DNA of 64,000 bases from an uncultured beta proteobacterium (GTDB lineage: Bacteria; Pseudomonadota; Gammaproteobacteria; Burkholderiales; Burkholderiaceae_C): assembly GCA_963703375.1 (NCBI GenBank), contig CAVPEF010000003.1, positions 5,762-69,761 on the forward strand, given 5' to 3'. Below are positions 34,538-44,823 of this stretch, piece by piece. Below the pieces are notes generated by a model. That model saw only the letters and a program-made list of their open reading frames with translations. It was not told the origin of the DNA and did not search any database. Made by a program: the position numbers and the translations under genes. The first letter of the stretch is position 1. Each line of letters starts with the position of its first letter.

Positions 34538-35392
34538 ATGCTCCACCGCCGCCGCGCCTTCACCCTGTGGGCGCTGGCGGCGTGGGGCATTTCTTTTGCT
34601 GCCGGGGCCGCGGATGCGCCGGCCCTGCTGTTGGCCACTGTCTACCGCCCCGGCACGGCGCTGCAGGATTACTGGGTCAGCGAGAAATACGACGGCGTGC
34701 GCGGCTACTGGGACGGCCAGACCCTGCGCACGCGCGGCGGCGAAACCGTGCACGCGCCGGCCTGGTTCACGGCCGGCTGGCCGGCCGAGCCGCTCGACGG
34801 CGAGCTGTGGGCCGGGCGCGGGCGCTTCGCCCACGCGCAGTCCACCACGCGCCAGCAGCAAGCCCCCGAGAGCGCGTGGCGCCAGATGCGCTTCATGGTG
34901 TTCGACCTGCCCGGCCACGGCGGCCCGTTCGACGAGCGCCTGCCGGCCCTGCAGGCGCGCGTGCGGCAGATCGCCACGCCGTGGGTGCAGGCCGTACCGC
35001 AGCAGCGCATCGCCAGCGAGGCCGCCCTGCAGGCGCTGCTGCAGCGCACCGTGCGCGGCGGCGGCGAGGGGCTGATGCTGCACCGCGGCAGCTCGCTGTA
35101 CCGCGCCGGCCGCAGCGACGACCTGATCAAGCTCAAGACGCACGACGATGCCGAAGCGCGTGTCATCGCCCACCTGCCGGGCAAGGGCAAACACGTCGGG
35201 CGGCTGGGCGCGCTGCTGCTTGAAATGCCCAGCGGCCAGCGCTTCAAGCTGGGCACGGGCCTGAGCGACGCCGTTCGCGACCAGCCCCCGCCCGTGGGCA
35301 GCTGGGTGACCTACCGCTTTCGCGGCACGCACGACGGCGGCCTGCCGCGCTTTGCCAGCTTCATGCGCGTGCGCGAAGACATGCAGCGCTAA
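34538..35392 (+). CDS. Minimal ATP-dependent DNA ligase (Lig E type) with signal peptide
   Basis: SEKYDGVR (KxDG), LDGELW, FMVFDLP, GEGLML, KLK, OB domain ending LPRFASFMRVR; hydrophobic N-terminal leader. Confidence 0.9.
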   Translation: MLHRRRAFTLWALAAWGISFAAGAADAPALLLATVYRPGTALQDYWVSEKYDGVRGYWDGQTLRTRGGETVHAPAWFTAGWPAEPLDGELWAGRGRFAHAQSTTRQQQAPESAWRQMRFMVFDLPGHGGPFDERLPALQARVRQIATPWVQAVPQQRIASEAALQALLQRTVRGGGEGLMLHRGSSLYRAGRSDDLIKLKTHDDAEARVIAHLPGKGKHVGRLGALLLEMPSGQRFKLGTGLSDAVRDQPPPVGSWVTYRFRGTHDGGLPRFASFMRVREDMQR

Positions 35393-35420
35393 TAAAAAAT
35401 GGGAGGCCCGGCCTCCCATT
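35393..35420 (-). terminator. Intrinsic terminator between convergent ligase and decarboxylase genes
   Basis: AATGGGAGG-CCCGG-CCTCCCATT preceded by an A-tract on +. Confidence 0.75.
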
Positions 35421-35455
35421 GCACGTTGCGCCCCGGTCGGGGCCGCGTTACCGCA

Positions 35456-37843
35456 TCACAGGGTGCGGCCAAACGGGCCGTCCGAGCCCACCTGCACCAG
35501 CTTGTCCTTGGCCGAGGTTTTGGTTGCCGCACCGCGCCGCTGCTTGGTTTTGGCGGCCGGCTTGTCGAGCGCCACGCAGTCGGCGTAGTAGCTGACGTGG
35601 CCGTCCTCGTCCTCGATCTCGACCAGCCCGTGGATGTCGGTCTCGAAGCCCGGGCTCATGGCGGCAAATTCGCGCGCGAACTTGAGGTAGTCGACGATCT
35701 TCTTGTTGAACACCTCGCCCGGCACCAGCAGCGGAATGCCCGGCGGGTACGGCGTGATCAGGCCCACGGTGATGCGCCCTTCGAGTTCGTCGATGGCCAC
35801 GCGCTCGGTCTGGCGGTGCGCAATGTGCGCGTAGGCGTCGCTCGGCTTCATGGCCGGGGTCAGGTCCGACAGGTAGATCTCGGTCGTCAGGCGCGCGATG
35901 TCGTACTTGGCGTAGAGCTGGTGCACGTGCTGGCACATGTCGCGCAGGCCCATGCGCTCGTAGCGGCGGTGCTGCTGGCAGAACTCGGGCAGGATGCGCG
36001 ACATCGGCTGGTTCTTCTCGTAGTCGTCCTTGAACTGCTGCAGCGCGGTCAGCAGCGTGTTCCAGCGGCCCTTGGTGATGCCGATGGTGAACATGATGAA
36101 GAAGCTGTACAGGCCGGTCTTCTCGACCACCACGCCGTGCTCGGCCAGGTATTTGGTGACGATGGACGCCGGAATGCCGGTCGTGTCGAACTTGCCGTCC
36201 AGGCTCAGGCCCGGCGTGACGATGGTCGACTTGATCGGGTCGAGCATGTTGAAGCCGTCGGCCAGCTGGCCAAAGCCGTGCCACTTGTTGCCGCTCTTCT
36301 TGCCCTTTTTGTCGGCACGGATGATCCAGTCCTCGGCGCGGCCAATGCCTTCGTCGACCAGCTGGTCCGGCCCCCAGACCTTGAACCACCAATCGTCCTT
36401 GCCGAACTCGGCCTCGATCTCGCGCATGGCGCGGCGGAAGTCGAGCGCCTCGAGGATGCTTTCTTCGACCAGTGCGGTGCCGCCCGGCGGCTCCATCATG
36501 GCGGCGGCCACGTCGCAGCTGGCAATGATGCTGTACTGCGGCGAGGTCGAGGTGTGCATCAGGTACGCCTCGTTGAACAGGTGGCGGTCGAGCTTTTCGG
36601 TCTGCGAGTCCTGCACCAGCACATGGCTGGCCTGGCTGATGCCGGCCAGCAGCTTGTGGATCGACTGCGTGGCATAGACCACCGAATGCCGGGGGCGCGC
36701 GCGCTTCTTGCCCATCGCGTGGTAGGCGCCATAGAACGGGTGGAACGCCGCATGCGGCAGCCAGGCTTCGTCGAAGTGCAGGTTGTCGACGTAGCCGTCG
36801 AGCATGCCCTTGATGGTTTCGGTGTTGTAGAGCACGCCGTCGTAGGTGGACTGCGTCAACGTCAGCACGCGCGGCTTGACCTGCTTGGGGTCCACGCCCT
36901 TGAGCAAGGGGTTGGCGCGGATCTTGGCCTCGATGGTGGCCGGCTCGAACTCGCTCTGCGGGATCGGGCCGATGATGCCGAAATGGTTGCGCGTGGGCTT
37001 CAGGAACACCGGCACCGCGCCGGTCATGATGATCGCGTGCAGGATCGACTTGTGGCAGTTGCGGTCCACCACCACCACGTCGCCCGGCGCCACGGTGTGG
37101 TGCCAGACGATCTTGTTCGAGGTCGAGGTGCCGTTGGTCACGAAGAAGCAGTGGTCGGCATTGAAGATGCGCGCGGCGTTGCGCTCGCTCTCGCCAATGG
37201 CGCCGTTGTGGTCGAGCAGCTGACCCAGTTCTTCGACCGCGTTGCAGACGTCGGCGCGCAGCATGTTCTCGCCGTAGAACTGGTGGTACATCTGGCCCAC
37301 GGGGCTTTTGAGGAAGGCCACGCCACCCGAGTGGCCGGGGCAGTGCCACGAATACGAGCCATCTTCGGCGTAGTCGAGCAGCGCCTTGAAGAACGGCGGC
37401 TGCACGCCTTCCAGGTAGCTCTTGGCCTCGCGGATGATGTGCTTGGCCACGAACTCGGGCGTGTCCTCGAACATGTGGATGAAGCCGTGCAGCTCGCGCA
37501 GGATGTCGTTGGGCAGGTGGCGGCTGGTCTTGGTCTCGCCATAGATGTAGATCGGCACATCGGCGTTCTTGCGACGCACCTCGCCAATGAAGCTGCGCAG
37601 GCTGTGGACGATCGGATCCTGGCCCGCACCCAGCGTGAACTCCTCGTCGTCGATCGACAGGATGAAGGCACTGGCGCGGCTTTGCTGCTGCGCGAACTGC
37701 GACAGGTCCCCGTAACTGGTCACGCCCAGCACCTCGAAGCCTTCGCTCTCAATGGCCTGTGCGAGCGCGCGGATCCCCAGCCCCGAAGTGTTCTCGGAAC
37801 GGTAATCCTCGTCGATGATGATGATGGGAAAGCGAAATTTCAT
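35456..37843 (-). CDS. Arginine/lysine/ornithine decarboxylase (PLP, wing domain)
   Basis: MKFRFPIIIIDED, WHCPGHSGG, NGTSTSNK, DRNCHKS, HFDEAW, TQSIHKL, PYPPGIP. Confidence 0.95.
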   Translation of the reverse strand: MKFRFPIIIIDEDYRSENTSGLGIRALAQAIESEGFEVLGVTSYGDLSQFAQQQSRASAFILSIDDEEFTLGAGQDPIVHSLRSFIGEVRRKNADVPIYIYGETKTSRHLPNDILRELHGFIHMFEDTPEFVAKHIIREAKSYLEGVQPPFFKALLDYAEDGSYSWHCPGHSGGVAFLKSPVGQMYHQFYGENMLRADVCNAVEELGQLLDHNGAIGESERNAARIFNADHCFFVTNGTSTSNKIVWHHTVAPGDVVVVDRNCHKSILHAIIMTGAVPVFLKPTRNHFGIIGPIPQSEFEPATIEAKIRANPLLKGVDPKQVKPRVLTLTQSTYDGVLYNTETIKGMLDGYVDNLHFDEAWLPHAAFHPFYGAYHAMGKKRARPRHSVVYATQSIHKLLAGISQASHVLVQDSQTEKLDRHLFNEAYLMHTSTSPQYSIIASCDVAAAMMEPPGGTALVEESILEALDFRRAMREIEAEFGKDDWWFKVWGPDQLVDEGIGRAEDWIIRADKKGKKSGNKWHGFGQLADGFNMLDPIKSTIVTPGLSLDGKFDTTGIPASIVTKYLAEHGVVVEKTGLYSFFIMFTIGITKGRWNTLLTALQQFKDDYEKNQPMSRILPEFCQQHRRYERMGLRDMCQHVHQLYAKYDIARLTTEIYLSDLTPAMKPSDAYAHIAHRQTERVAIDELEGRITVGLITPYPPGIPLLVPGEVFNKKIVDYLKFAREFAAMSPGFETDIHGLVEIEDEDGHVSYYADCVALDKPAAKTKQRRGAATKTSAKDKLVQVGSDGPFGRTL

Positions 37844-37991
37844 GCGCAGCCTCCGTGCAACCGTGCCCTGCCCGGCCAAAAAACAAAAAGAGGCGGCAGT
37901 GTAAGGAATAAGTGTGACGCGCTTTGGAACGCGGGTTCTTATGACCCAGAATGTGGTCCCCCAAACACCGACAACAAGAGGAGCCTGGCCC

Positions 37992-38417
37992 ATGGATGAT
38001 TCCACCCTGTGGTGGCTGATGACCGGAGCGGCCGTCGTGGCCGAACTGCTGACCGGCACTTTCTATCTGCTCATGCTGGCCATCGGCCTGGCGGCCGGCG
38101 CCCTTGCCGCCCACCTGGGTGCGGACATCGCGGTGCAGCTGGTGGTGGCGGCCGCGGTCGGCGGCGGCGCCGTCTTTGCCTGCTACCTGGTGCGCCGGCG
38201 CAGCCCCGGCGTGCAACCGGCCGCCAGCAACCGCGACGTGAACCTGGACGTCGGAGAGACCGTGCAGGTGGATGCCTGGAATCCCGACGGTACCGCGCAG
38301 GTACGATACCGCGGTGCCCAGTGGACGGTGCTGCTGCGCCCCGGCAACGCCCCTTCGCCCGGCCCCCACCGCGTGGCCGAAGTGGTCGGCAGCCGCCTGC
38401 TGGTCGACAAAATCTGA
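37992..38417 (+). CDS. NfeD-family membrane protein
   Basis: AELLTGTFYLL, OB-fold VRYRGAQW; precedes an SPFH gene. Confidence 0.88.
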   Translation: MDDSTLWWLMTGAAVVAELLTGTFYLLMLAIGLAAGALAAHLGADIAVQLVVAAAVGGGAVFACYLVRRRSPGVQPAASNRDVNLDVGETVQVDAWNPDGTAQVRYRGAQWTVLLRPGNAPSPGPHRVAEVVGSRLLVDKI

Positions 38418-38438
38418 ACCATCCACCCAAGGAACCCC

Positions 38439-39358
38439 ATGGAATTAGCCATCGTCATTTTTGTCATTGCCGCCATCTTCATCGTGCGCTCGGTCAAGGT
38501 CGTGCCCCAGCAGAACGCCTGGGTGAAGGAGCGGCTGGGCAAGTACGCTGGCACCCTGACGCCGGGGCTGAACTTTCTCGTGCCCTTCATCGACCGCGTG
38601 GCCTACAAGCACAGCCTCAAGGAAATCCCGCTCGATGTGCCCAGCCAGATCTGCATCACACGCGACAACACCCAGTTGCAGGTGGACGGCATCCTGTATT
38701 TCCAGGTCACCGACCCGATGCGCGCCAGCTACGGCTCGAGCAACTACATCATGGCCGTGACGCAGCTGGCGCAGACCTCGCTGCGCAGCGTGATCGGCAA
38801 GCTCGAACTCGACAAGACCTTCGAGGAGCGCGACATCATCAACGCCCAGGTCGTCGCAGGCCATCGACGAAGCGGCGCTCAACTGGGGCGTCAAGGTGCT
38901 GCGCTATGAAATCAAGGACCTGACGCCGCCCGCCGAAATCCTGCGCGCCATGCAGGCCCAGATCACGGCCGAACGCGAAAAGCGCGCCCTGATTGCCGCC
39001 TCGGAAGGCCGCCGCCAGGAGCAGATCAACATCGCCACCGGCGAGCGCGAGGCCTTCATCGCCCGCTCCGAAGGCGAAAAGCAGGCCGCCATCAACAACG
39101 CCCAGGGCGAAGCCGCCGCCATCACTGACCGTGGCCGAAGCCACGGGCCAGGCCATCGAGCGCGTGGCCGCCGCCATCCGCCAGCCCGGCGGCGAGCAGG
39201 CCGTGCAGCTCAAGGTGGCGGAAAAAGCCGTCGATGCCTACAGCAAGGTGGCCGCAGACGCGAAGACCACGCTCATCGTCCCCAGCAACATGACCGAGGT
39301 GTCGGCGCTGATCGGCTCGGCCATGAAGATGGTGCAGGCACAGCGCCCTGCTTCCTGA
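38439..39358 (+). CDS. SPFH/stomatin-like protein (frameshifts ~38860 and ~39125)
   Basis: [46 protein letters not shown]. Confidence 0.88.
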
Positions 39359-39426
39359 AGTTTTTGGACCGCTGGGGCCGTATGGCCCCAAAAAGCGGCC
39401 AAAGCACTGCTAGAATAGCGGGCTCC

Positions 39427-39516
<90 letters not shown>

Positions 39517-39524
39517 GAACAGAT

Positions 39525-39602
39525 AAACCCTTTTAAGTCATTGATTTACAAGGGTTTTTTCTTTTCCGTTTTCCGAGTTACCACACGCATTTACCACACG
39601 CA
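39525..39602 (+). other. Putative attachment-site region
   Basis: Imperfect inverted repeat AAACCCTTTTAAGTCA-T-TGATTTACAAGGGTTT + T-tract, then a tandem direct repeat TTACCACACGCA x2 (39578-39589, 39591-39602). Confidence 0.5.
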
Positions 39603-39735
39603 GGGCACTCAGGCCGAGCGCTCGCAAGAGCACGGAGTTCGGCGGATTTTTTGCGGCACATTTTCGAGGGGGCACCCCGAAGCCGTCAGCGGCGAACGTC
39701 CCCCCCCGGTGCCCTACCACCCGCCCACCTTCTCT

Positions 39736-40145
39736 TCACCCATCACATAGGCCACACCCTCGGGCTGCCCACGGTTGAAGAAGCGGATCACCTTGAGGTG
39801 GAACGCGGCGCTGATCCACATCGGCCTTGCCACGCAGGATGTCGTCGATGACCACATCGCACCAGACGGCGAACTTGGTGTCCAACCAGCGGGCGAAGAA
39901 CACGGCCAGCTTGGGTGTGCCCAGGTGCCACCGTTGCGTCCACGCTTGGAATCGTAAAGGTGGGAATTTCCCACGTTTTGCAGGGCATCCAAATAGTCCA
40001 CTGTTGAGGGGAGGCTCATGAACTCTTTGACTTCCTTGCCGAAAGCCTTCGCGGCCTTGGTCATGTTGAACCAGCCGTCCTCGCGGAACAGCAGGATGGT
40101 GGAGTCGTTGTAGGTCTTGGTGATGATTGCGTTGGTCTTGGTCAT
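39736..40145 (-). pseudogene. KilA-N domain phage DNA-binding protein (frameshift ~39915; upstream region replaced by IS)
   Basis: [28 protein letters not shown]|KLAVFFARWLDTKFAVWCD. Confidence 0.8.
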
Positions 40146-40149
40146 GGTG

Positions 40150-41147
40150 TTTGCAAGCCGGGCATGAGCGTGTCGCTGGTGGCGCGCCAGGATGGGGTTG
40201 CAGCCAGCCTGCTGTTCCAGTGGAGGAAGCTGGACCGCCAAGGCGCGTTGATGGCGGTATCAGCCGGCGAGGCCGTAGTGCCGGCTTCGGAGTTGGCCGC
40301 CGCACGTGCCGAGATCACTAAGCTGCAACGGGTACTGGGCAAGAAGACGCTTGAGAACGAGATCCTCAAGGAAGCCGTGGAGTACGCCGCCGAAAAAAAG
40401 TGGATTGCGCGCTCGCCCTTGTTGCCCGGGGAAGACCAATGAAGACGGTCTGCCGGGCGCTCGGGCTGGCGCGCTCGCACCTGCACGATCTGCACCACCG
40501 TCCTGCCGAGTGGTTGGATGGGCGGACCGGCCGCACCCCAGCGGATGACGCGCAACTGATGGCGGAGATCCGCCAGCAGATCGCCGACCTTCCCAGCTAC
40601 GGCTATCGGCGCGCATGCGCCTTGGTGAACCGCCAGCGGGCCCAGCAGGGCTCTGCACGAGCCAATCCGAAACCCGCCTACCGCGTGATGGCACAGGCCG
40701 GTCTGCTGCTGGCCAAGGCGCCGCGCCGTCGGCAATCGAGCCGGCCGCATGACGGCAAGGTGGCGGTGAAGCACAGCGACCTGCGCTGGCGCTCGGACGG
40801 CTTCGAGATCAAGTGCGACTCAGGCCAGACGGTCACGGCAACGTTCGCCAAGGACTGCTGTGACCGCGAGGTGATGGCCTGGCGTGCCTGGGAGGGCAAG
40901 GGCCTGCCTGGTGAGCCTGTACGCGAGATGCTGATCGAGGCGGTGGAGCGGCGCTTCGGCACGGTGGAGGCCGTCCCTGCCGACCACGAGTTGGAGTTCC
41001 TTAGCGACAACGGCGGCGCCTACATTGCGGTCGACACCCGCAGCGTGGCCAGGCAACTGGGCCTGCGACCGATCAACACGCCCGTGTGCAGCCCGCAGAG
41101 CAACCGGATGGCCGAGAGCTTCGTCAACACGTTCAAACGCGACTACG
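40150..41147 (+). mobile_element. Truncated IS3-family (IS2-group) element: orfA 40164-40442, orfB ~40400-41147
   Basis: Orf[45 protein letters not shown] resembles IS2 InsC; A7G slippery site at 40393-40400; OrfB PSYGYRR, SDGFEI, DCCDRE, LSDNG, AESFVNTFKRDY then breaks off. No terminal IRs found. Confidence 0.88.
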
Positions 41148-41774
41148 TCATATTGTTTGCCTTCCTCTCACCAGCCACATCTCGATCATCCGCAAAATCT
41201 CTTTTTTCACTGCTACCGCGTCTTTGGCCGCGTTATTTAGGCGGTGCACGGAGATGCCGCGCAGCAGACTCATGATGATGAAGGCAGCAGATTGGGTGTC
41301 CACGTCATGCTTGATCTGACCCAGGGCCTTTGCTTCGTTCAACTTGAACTCGGCATAGGCCATGTTTTTTTCGTTGTAGTCGTGGACAAACCCGTACAGG
41401 GGCGAGTCGGCCACGGATGAATCCAGCACGATGAAGAACATGGCGCGAATGCGCTTTACAGAGTCTCGTGGACGCTGGGTGTACGCATTCACCAGTGAAT
41501 AAATGCCGTTGATACCGGTGGTGTCAACGCCGTCCTTCTTGCGCATGGCATTGAAGTCGTCTGCCAGATACTCCAAGCATTCGGACAGCAGCTTTTCTTT
41601 GGAGCCAAAGTGCAGATGCGCCAGCCCCCGGCTATAGCCCGCCTTGACGCCTACCTCGGCCATCGTCAGTCCGGCCACGCCTTTTTCGGCAATCAGCTCA
41701 ATCGCGGCCTGCACCATGCAGTTGATGGACTCCTCCCGCCGTTGCTCCTGCGTACGACTTTTAGGCTCTTTCAT
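41148..41774 (-). CDS. TetR/AcrR family regulator
   Basis: AAIELIAEKGVAGLTMAEVGVKAGYSRGLAHLHFGSKEKL. Confidence 0.9.
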   Translation of the reverse strand: MKEPKSRTQEQRREESINCMVQAAIELIAEKGVAGLTMAEVGVKAGYSRGLAHLHFGSKEKLLSECLEYLADDFNAMRKKDGVDTTGINGIYSLVNAYTQRPRDSVKRIRAMFFIVLDSSVADSPLYGFVHDYNEKNMAYAEFKLNEAKALGQIKHDVDTQSAAFIIMSLLRGISVHRLNNAAKDAVAVKKEILRMIEMWLVRGRQTI

Positions 41775-41857
41775 AAGTGGGTGATTTTTTGTTGTAGTGT
41801 TGAATTCATCCAGGGCGGTGGCCCATGAAAAAATCGGCTTGAAAGCCGATTTCAGTT

Positions 41858-42820
41858 TCATGTGGGGAGAATGTTGGCCCTCTCGGCGACGCGCTTGAAG
41901 CGCAGGTATTCCGATCTCTGGAACTCTCCTAACTCCCCAAGCGACTTGGCAAGAAATGTACCAGCTCTGCTTGCCTGGTAGGCCTTGGCGACCTCGGTCG
42001 CCTGTACCGCGGTGATGGCGTTTGCCAGTTCCTTCATCATGTCTGCCGGGGTTCCCGCCTTCATAGACAGTGATGACCAAACGTACGATTCAAAATCGAG
42101 ATAGCCGAGCTCCTTCATCGTTGGAGTACTCGGAATCATCTTGTCACGCTCATTTCCGGTAATGCCCAGCACGCGCAGCTTTTTGGCCTTTTCCATAGGG
42201 GCAATGCCGGTGATGTCGTTAAGCGCAATGTCCAGCCGATTGCCGATCACGTCGGTCACCATGGGCGCGCCACCCTTGTAGGGCACAGGCGTCGTCTTGA
42301 TGCCCACCTCCTGTGCCAACCACTCGCCCACAAGCCGATATCCTTCGGAATAATTACCTACTGAAATCGGCTGGCCGGTGGCTTTGTATTTGGCCACTAC
42401 GTCATCAATGCTCTTGTAGGGGGAATCGATGCTCGTCACGAAGGCCGCAGAGGATATTCCCAGACCGTGCAAGGGCGCCAAGTCTTTGAACGGGTCGTAG
42501 CCCAGGTTCTTCACCATCACTGGGTTCGCCGCTATAAGCGAGTTGCTGCCCAACAAAATGGTGTCTCCATCCGCAGGCGCGGCAAGTACTGCACGCACGG
42601 CAATCAAGCCACTGGCGCCTGGCCTGTTCTCCACAATGACGGATCGGTTGATTACCTTGGATATCTGCTCCGCATAAAAGCGTGCACCGTCGTCAGAGCC
42701 ACTGCCCGCAGTGAAGGGCACAACAATCCGTATCGCCTTGCCTTGGGCCCGCGCGATATAGGGAAAGGCCAACGCCGACGCGCCGGCCAGCAGACTGGCA
42801 CCAAAATCTCTACGTTGCAT
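41858..42820 (-). CDS. Bug/TctC substrate-binding protein
   Basis: Tat-like QRRDF leader, IVVPFTAGSGSD, ENRPGASG, YDPFKDL, VPYKGG. Confidence 0.92.
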   Translation of the reverse strand: MQRRDFGASLLAGASALAFPYIARAQGKAIRIVVPFTAGSGSDDGARFYAEQISKVINRSVIVENRPGASGLIAVRAVLAAPADGDTILLGSNSLIAANPVMVKNLGYDPFKDLAPLHGLGISSAAFVTSIDSPYKSIDDVVAKYKATGQPISVGNYSEGYRLVGEWLAQEVGIKTTPVPYKGGAPMVTDVIGNRLDIALNDITGIAPMEKAKKLRVLGITGNERDKMIPSTPTMKELGYLDFESYVWSSLSMKAGTPADMMKELANAITAVQATEVAKAYQASRAGTFLAKSLGELGEFQRSEYLRFKRVAERANILPT

Positions 42821-42893
42821 TGTCTTGTCTCCTTTTTACCGTGATGATCAAATTTGCCTTGGCAGTTAATACCGCCCAGTCAATCGACAGGTC

Positions 42894-43676
42894 TTAGTCT
42901 TCAAAGACTGGAGCTCGACGCTCTGCCATCGCCTTTACCCCCTCGGCTAAATCCGCCCCGGCAAACTGGACGTTCTGCTCCGTGCTCTCGCGCGAAATGG
43001 CGTTGCGGATGTGGCTGAGCGAATCTGCCTTCAGTGTTTGTCGGGTGGATTGCACCGCGCGCGGGGATGACGTGGCAATTTCCCGCGCCAGCGCCATGCC
43101 CGCTGCGCGCACGTCGGACTTGGCGGCGATAAAGTCCACCAACCCCATCGCCCTGGCACGCTCGCCATCTACTCGCGCACCGGTGTACAGCATCCATGCC
43201 GCCAGCTGCTTGCCGATGAGGGACGGCAAGGTGTACGACAGCGCAAATCCTGGGTGAAACCCTAGGCGGTTGAAGTTGGCCGAGAAGCGGGCCTGCGCGC
43301 ATGACACGCGAAAGTCCGCCGCCAGCGCCAGCCCTAGACCGCCACCCACGGCAGATCCTTCAATGGCAGCCACCATGGGTTTGCCAAAACTGAAGATGCG
43401 CAGAGCCTCTTGGTAAATGGGGTTGATACGCGAAGCGCTGCGATTCTGCTTGGTGTCGGTGCGTTTGGAAAAGTCAGCGCCTGCGCAAAAGGCACTCCCG
43501 CTCGCCTGCAGCAGTACTACGCGGCAGCGCTTATCCGCCTGCAAACGGTCCAGTTCGTCTGCAATTTGAGCGATCATCTGCACATCAAAAAAATTGTGCG
43601 GTGGACGGTTCAATTCAATGATGGCTACATGGCCGTCGCGGCTGGTCAATATGGCTTGGTCCGTCGTTTCAGGCAT
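42894..43676 (-). CDS. Enoyl-CoA hydratase/isomerase
   Basis: LNRPPHN, FCAGADF, KPMVAAIEGSAVGGGLGLALAADFR, EGVKAMAERRAPVF. Confidence 0.9.
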   Translation of the reverse strand: MPETTDQAILTSRDGHVAIIELNRPPHNFFDVQMIAQIADELDRLQADKRCRVVLLQASGSAFCAGADFSKRTDTKQNRSASRINPIYQEALRIFSFGKPMVAAIEGSAVGGGLGLALAADFRVSCAQARFSANFNRLGFHPGFALSYTLPSLIGKQLAAWMLYTGARVDGERARAMGLVDFIAAKSDVRAAGMALAREIATSSPRAVQSTRQTLKADSLSHIRNAISRESTEQNVQFAGADLAEGVKAMAERRAPVFED

Positions 43677-44823
43677 GGTCGCGCACCCTTTTTGCATTCA
43701 GGTTCTGGTTAGAGTCTTGGCAGACCGATTGCGCAACATCGATCGGCAGTGCGCGCGCGGTCAGATGCGACCAGAAGTGCTCAGCCCCCGCGTTAATGAA
43801 GGCTTGGCCTAAACGTTCCGCCCATTCAGTGCTGCCACCCGCTTCGGCCCGCCAGGCCCATAGGCGACGGGTGGCAAAATTCAGTGGGTATTCGTAGGTA
43901 AAGCCAATGGCGCCGTGCACTTGGTGCGCGATGGAAGCACCGGTCTTTACCGCGTCGCTGGCTGTCACTTTCGCCACAGCGGCACTGAACTCGGCCTGCG
44001 GAGCGCTCATTTGCTGCAAGGCAGGCAGATCGCGAAGCGACGTGGTGGCGGCCGCATAGCTGCATGCCACTTCGCCGGCGAGCACGGCAAGTTGATGCTG
44101 GATGGCTTGGTTCTTGCCGATGGGTTTGCCAAACTGCACGCGGTCTTTGACATACTGCACGGCTAAATCCAGTGCATATTCCAGCGCGCCGGTCAGCTGC
44201 GCAGCGATGACAGCGGCATAGACCACTTGCACCGGCTGCGGCAGCCCTTCAATACGGATGTGCAGCACATGTGCCACCGGAGCATGCTCAAGCACCACTG
44301 CATCGGCTGGCAGCGATGCCGCATCCACCCCATGCTCCATATGCACCCCCGCGCCCTTGGCATCCACGAGCGCTATGCGCCCGTCGACCTCCACCAGCAA
44401 CCAATGCGCATGGCGCGCCCACTTCACCGCCGCTATCCTGCCGGTGAGGGTTGAGGGCTCTCCAGCCGCGTCGCAGTCCACCGTCAAGCTTCGGGTCTGA
44501 GTGCCAGCGGCCAGCGCCAGGACACTCTCAGCCGGCAGATCCAGTCCGCAGCGCGACGCGAAATACTGTCCTGCCACCGCCTGCCCCAGGGGCACCGGCG
44601 CTTGCGTGTAACCCACCTGGAAAAATAGGGACAGCGCATCCAGCCATGTCGCCTCAATGCCGCCATGCGCCTCATGGCAGAGAATCTTGGTCATGCCTGC
44701 ATCGACCACAGTGCGCCACAAGTCACTGGGAAAGGCACCTGCTTCCACCTCGATCAGTAGCTCACGGCTCACCTCGTTGGCCAACAGCCGCTGTACGGTT
44801 TCCTCAATCATGTTGTCGCTCAT
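43669..44823 (-). CDS. Acyl-CoA dehydrogenase family, degenerate partner-type subunit
   Basis: YVKDRVQFGKPIGKNQAIQHQLA, HQVHGAIGFTYEYPL; N-terminal FAD motifs poorly conserved. Confidence 0.85.
   Translation of the reverse strand: MSDNMIEETVQRLLANEVSRELLIEVEAGAFPSDLWRTVVDAGMTKILCHEAHGGIEATWLDALSLFFQVGYTQAPVPLGQAVAGQYFASRCGLDLPAESVLALAAGTQTRSLTVDCDAAGEPSTLTGRIAAVKWARHAHWLLVEVDGRIALVDAKGAGVHMEHGVDAASLPADAVVLEHAPVAHVLHIRIEGLPQPVQVVYAAVIAAQLTGALEYALDLAVQYVKDRVQFGKPIGKNQAIQHQLAVLAGEVACSYAAATTSLRDLPALQQMSAPQAEFSAAVAKVTASDAVKTGASIAHQVHGAIGFTYEYPLNFATRRLWAWRAEAGGSTEWAERLGQAFINAGAEHFWSHLTARALPIDVAQSVCQDSNQNLNAKRVRDHA

Noticed and set aside
39640-39725. G/C-run-rich segment as a phage cos or packaging site
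   Set aside because: The resemblance is only impressionistic, and there is no terminase or HNH gene nearby.
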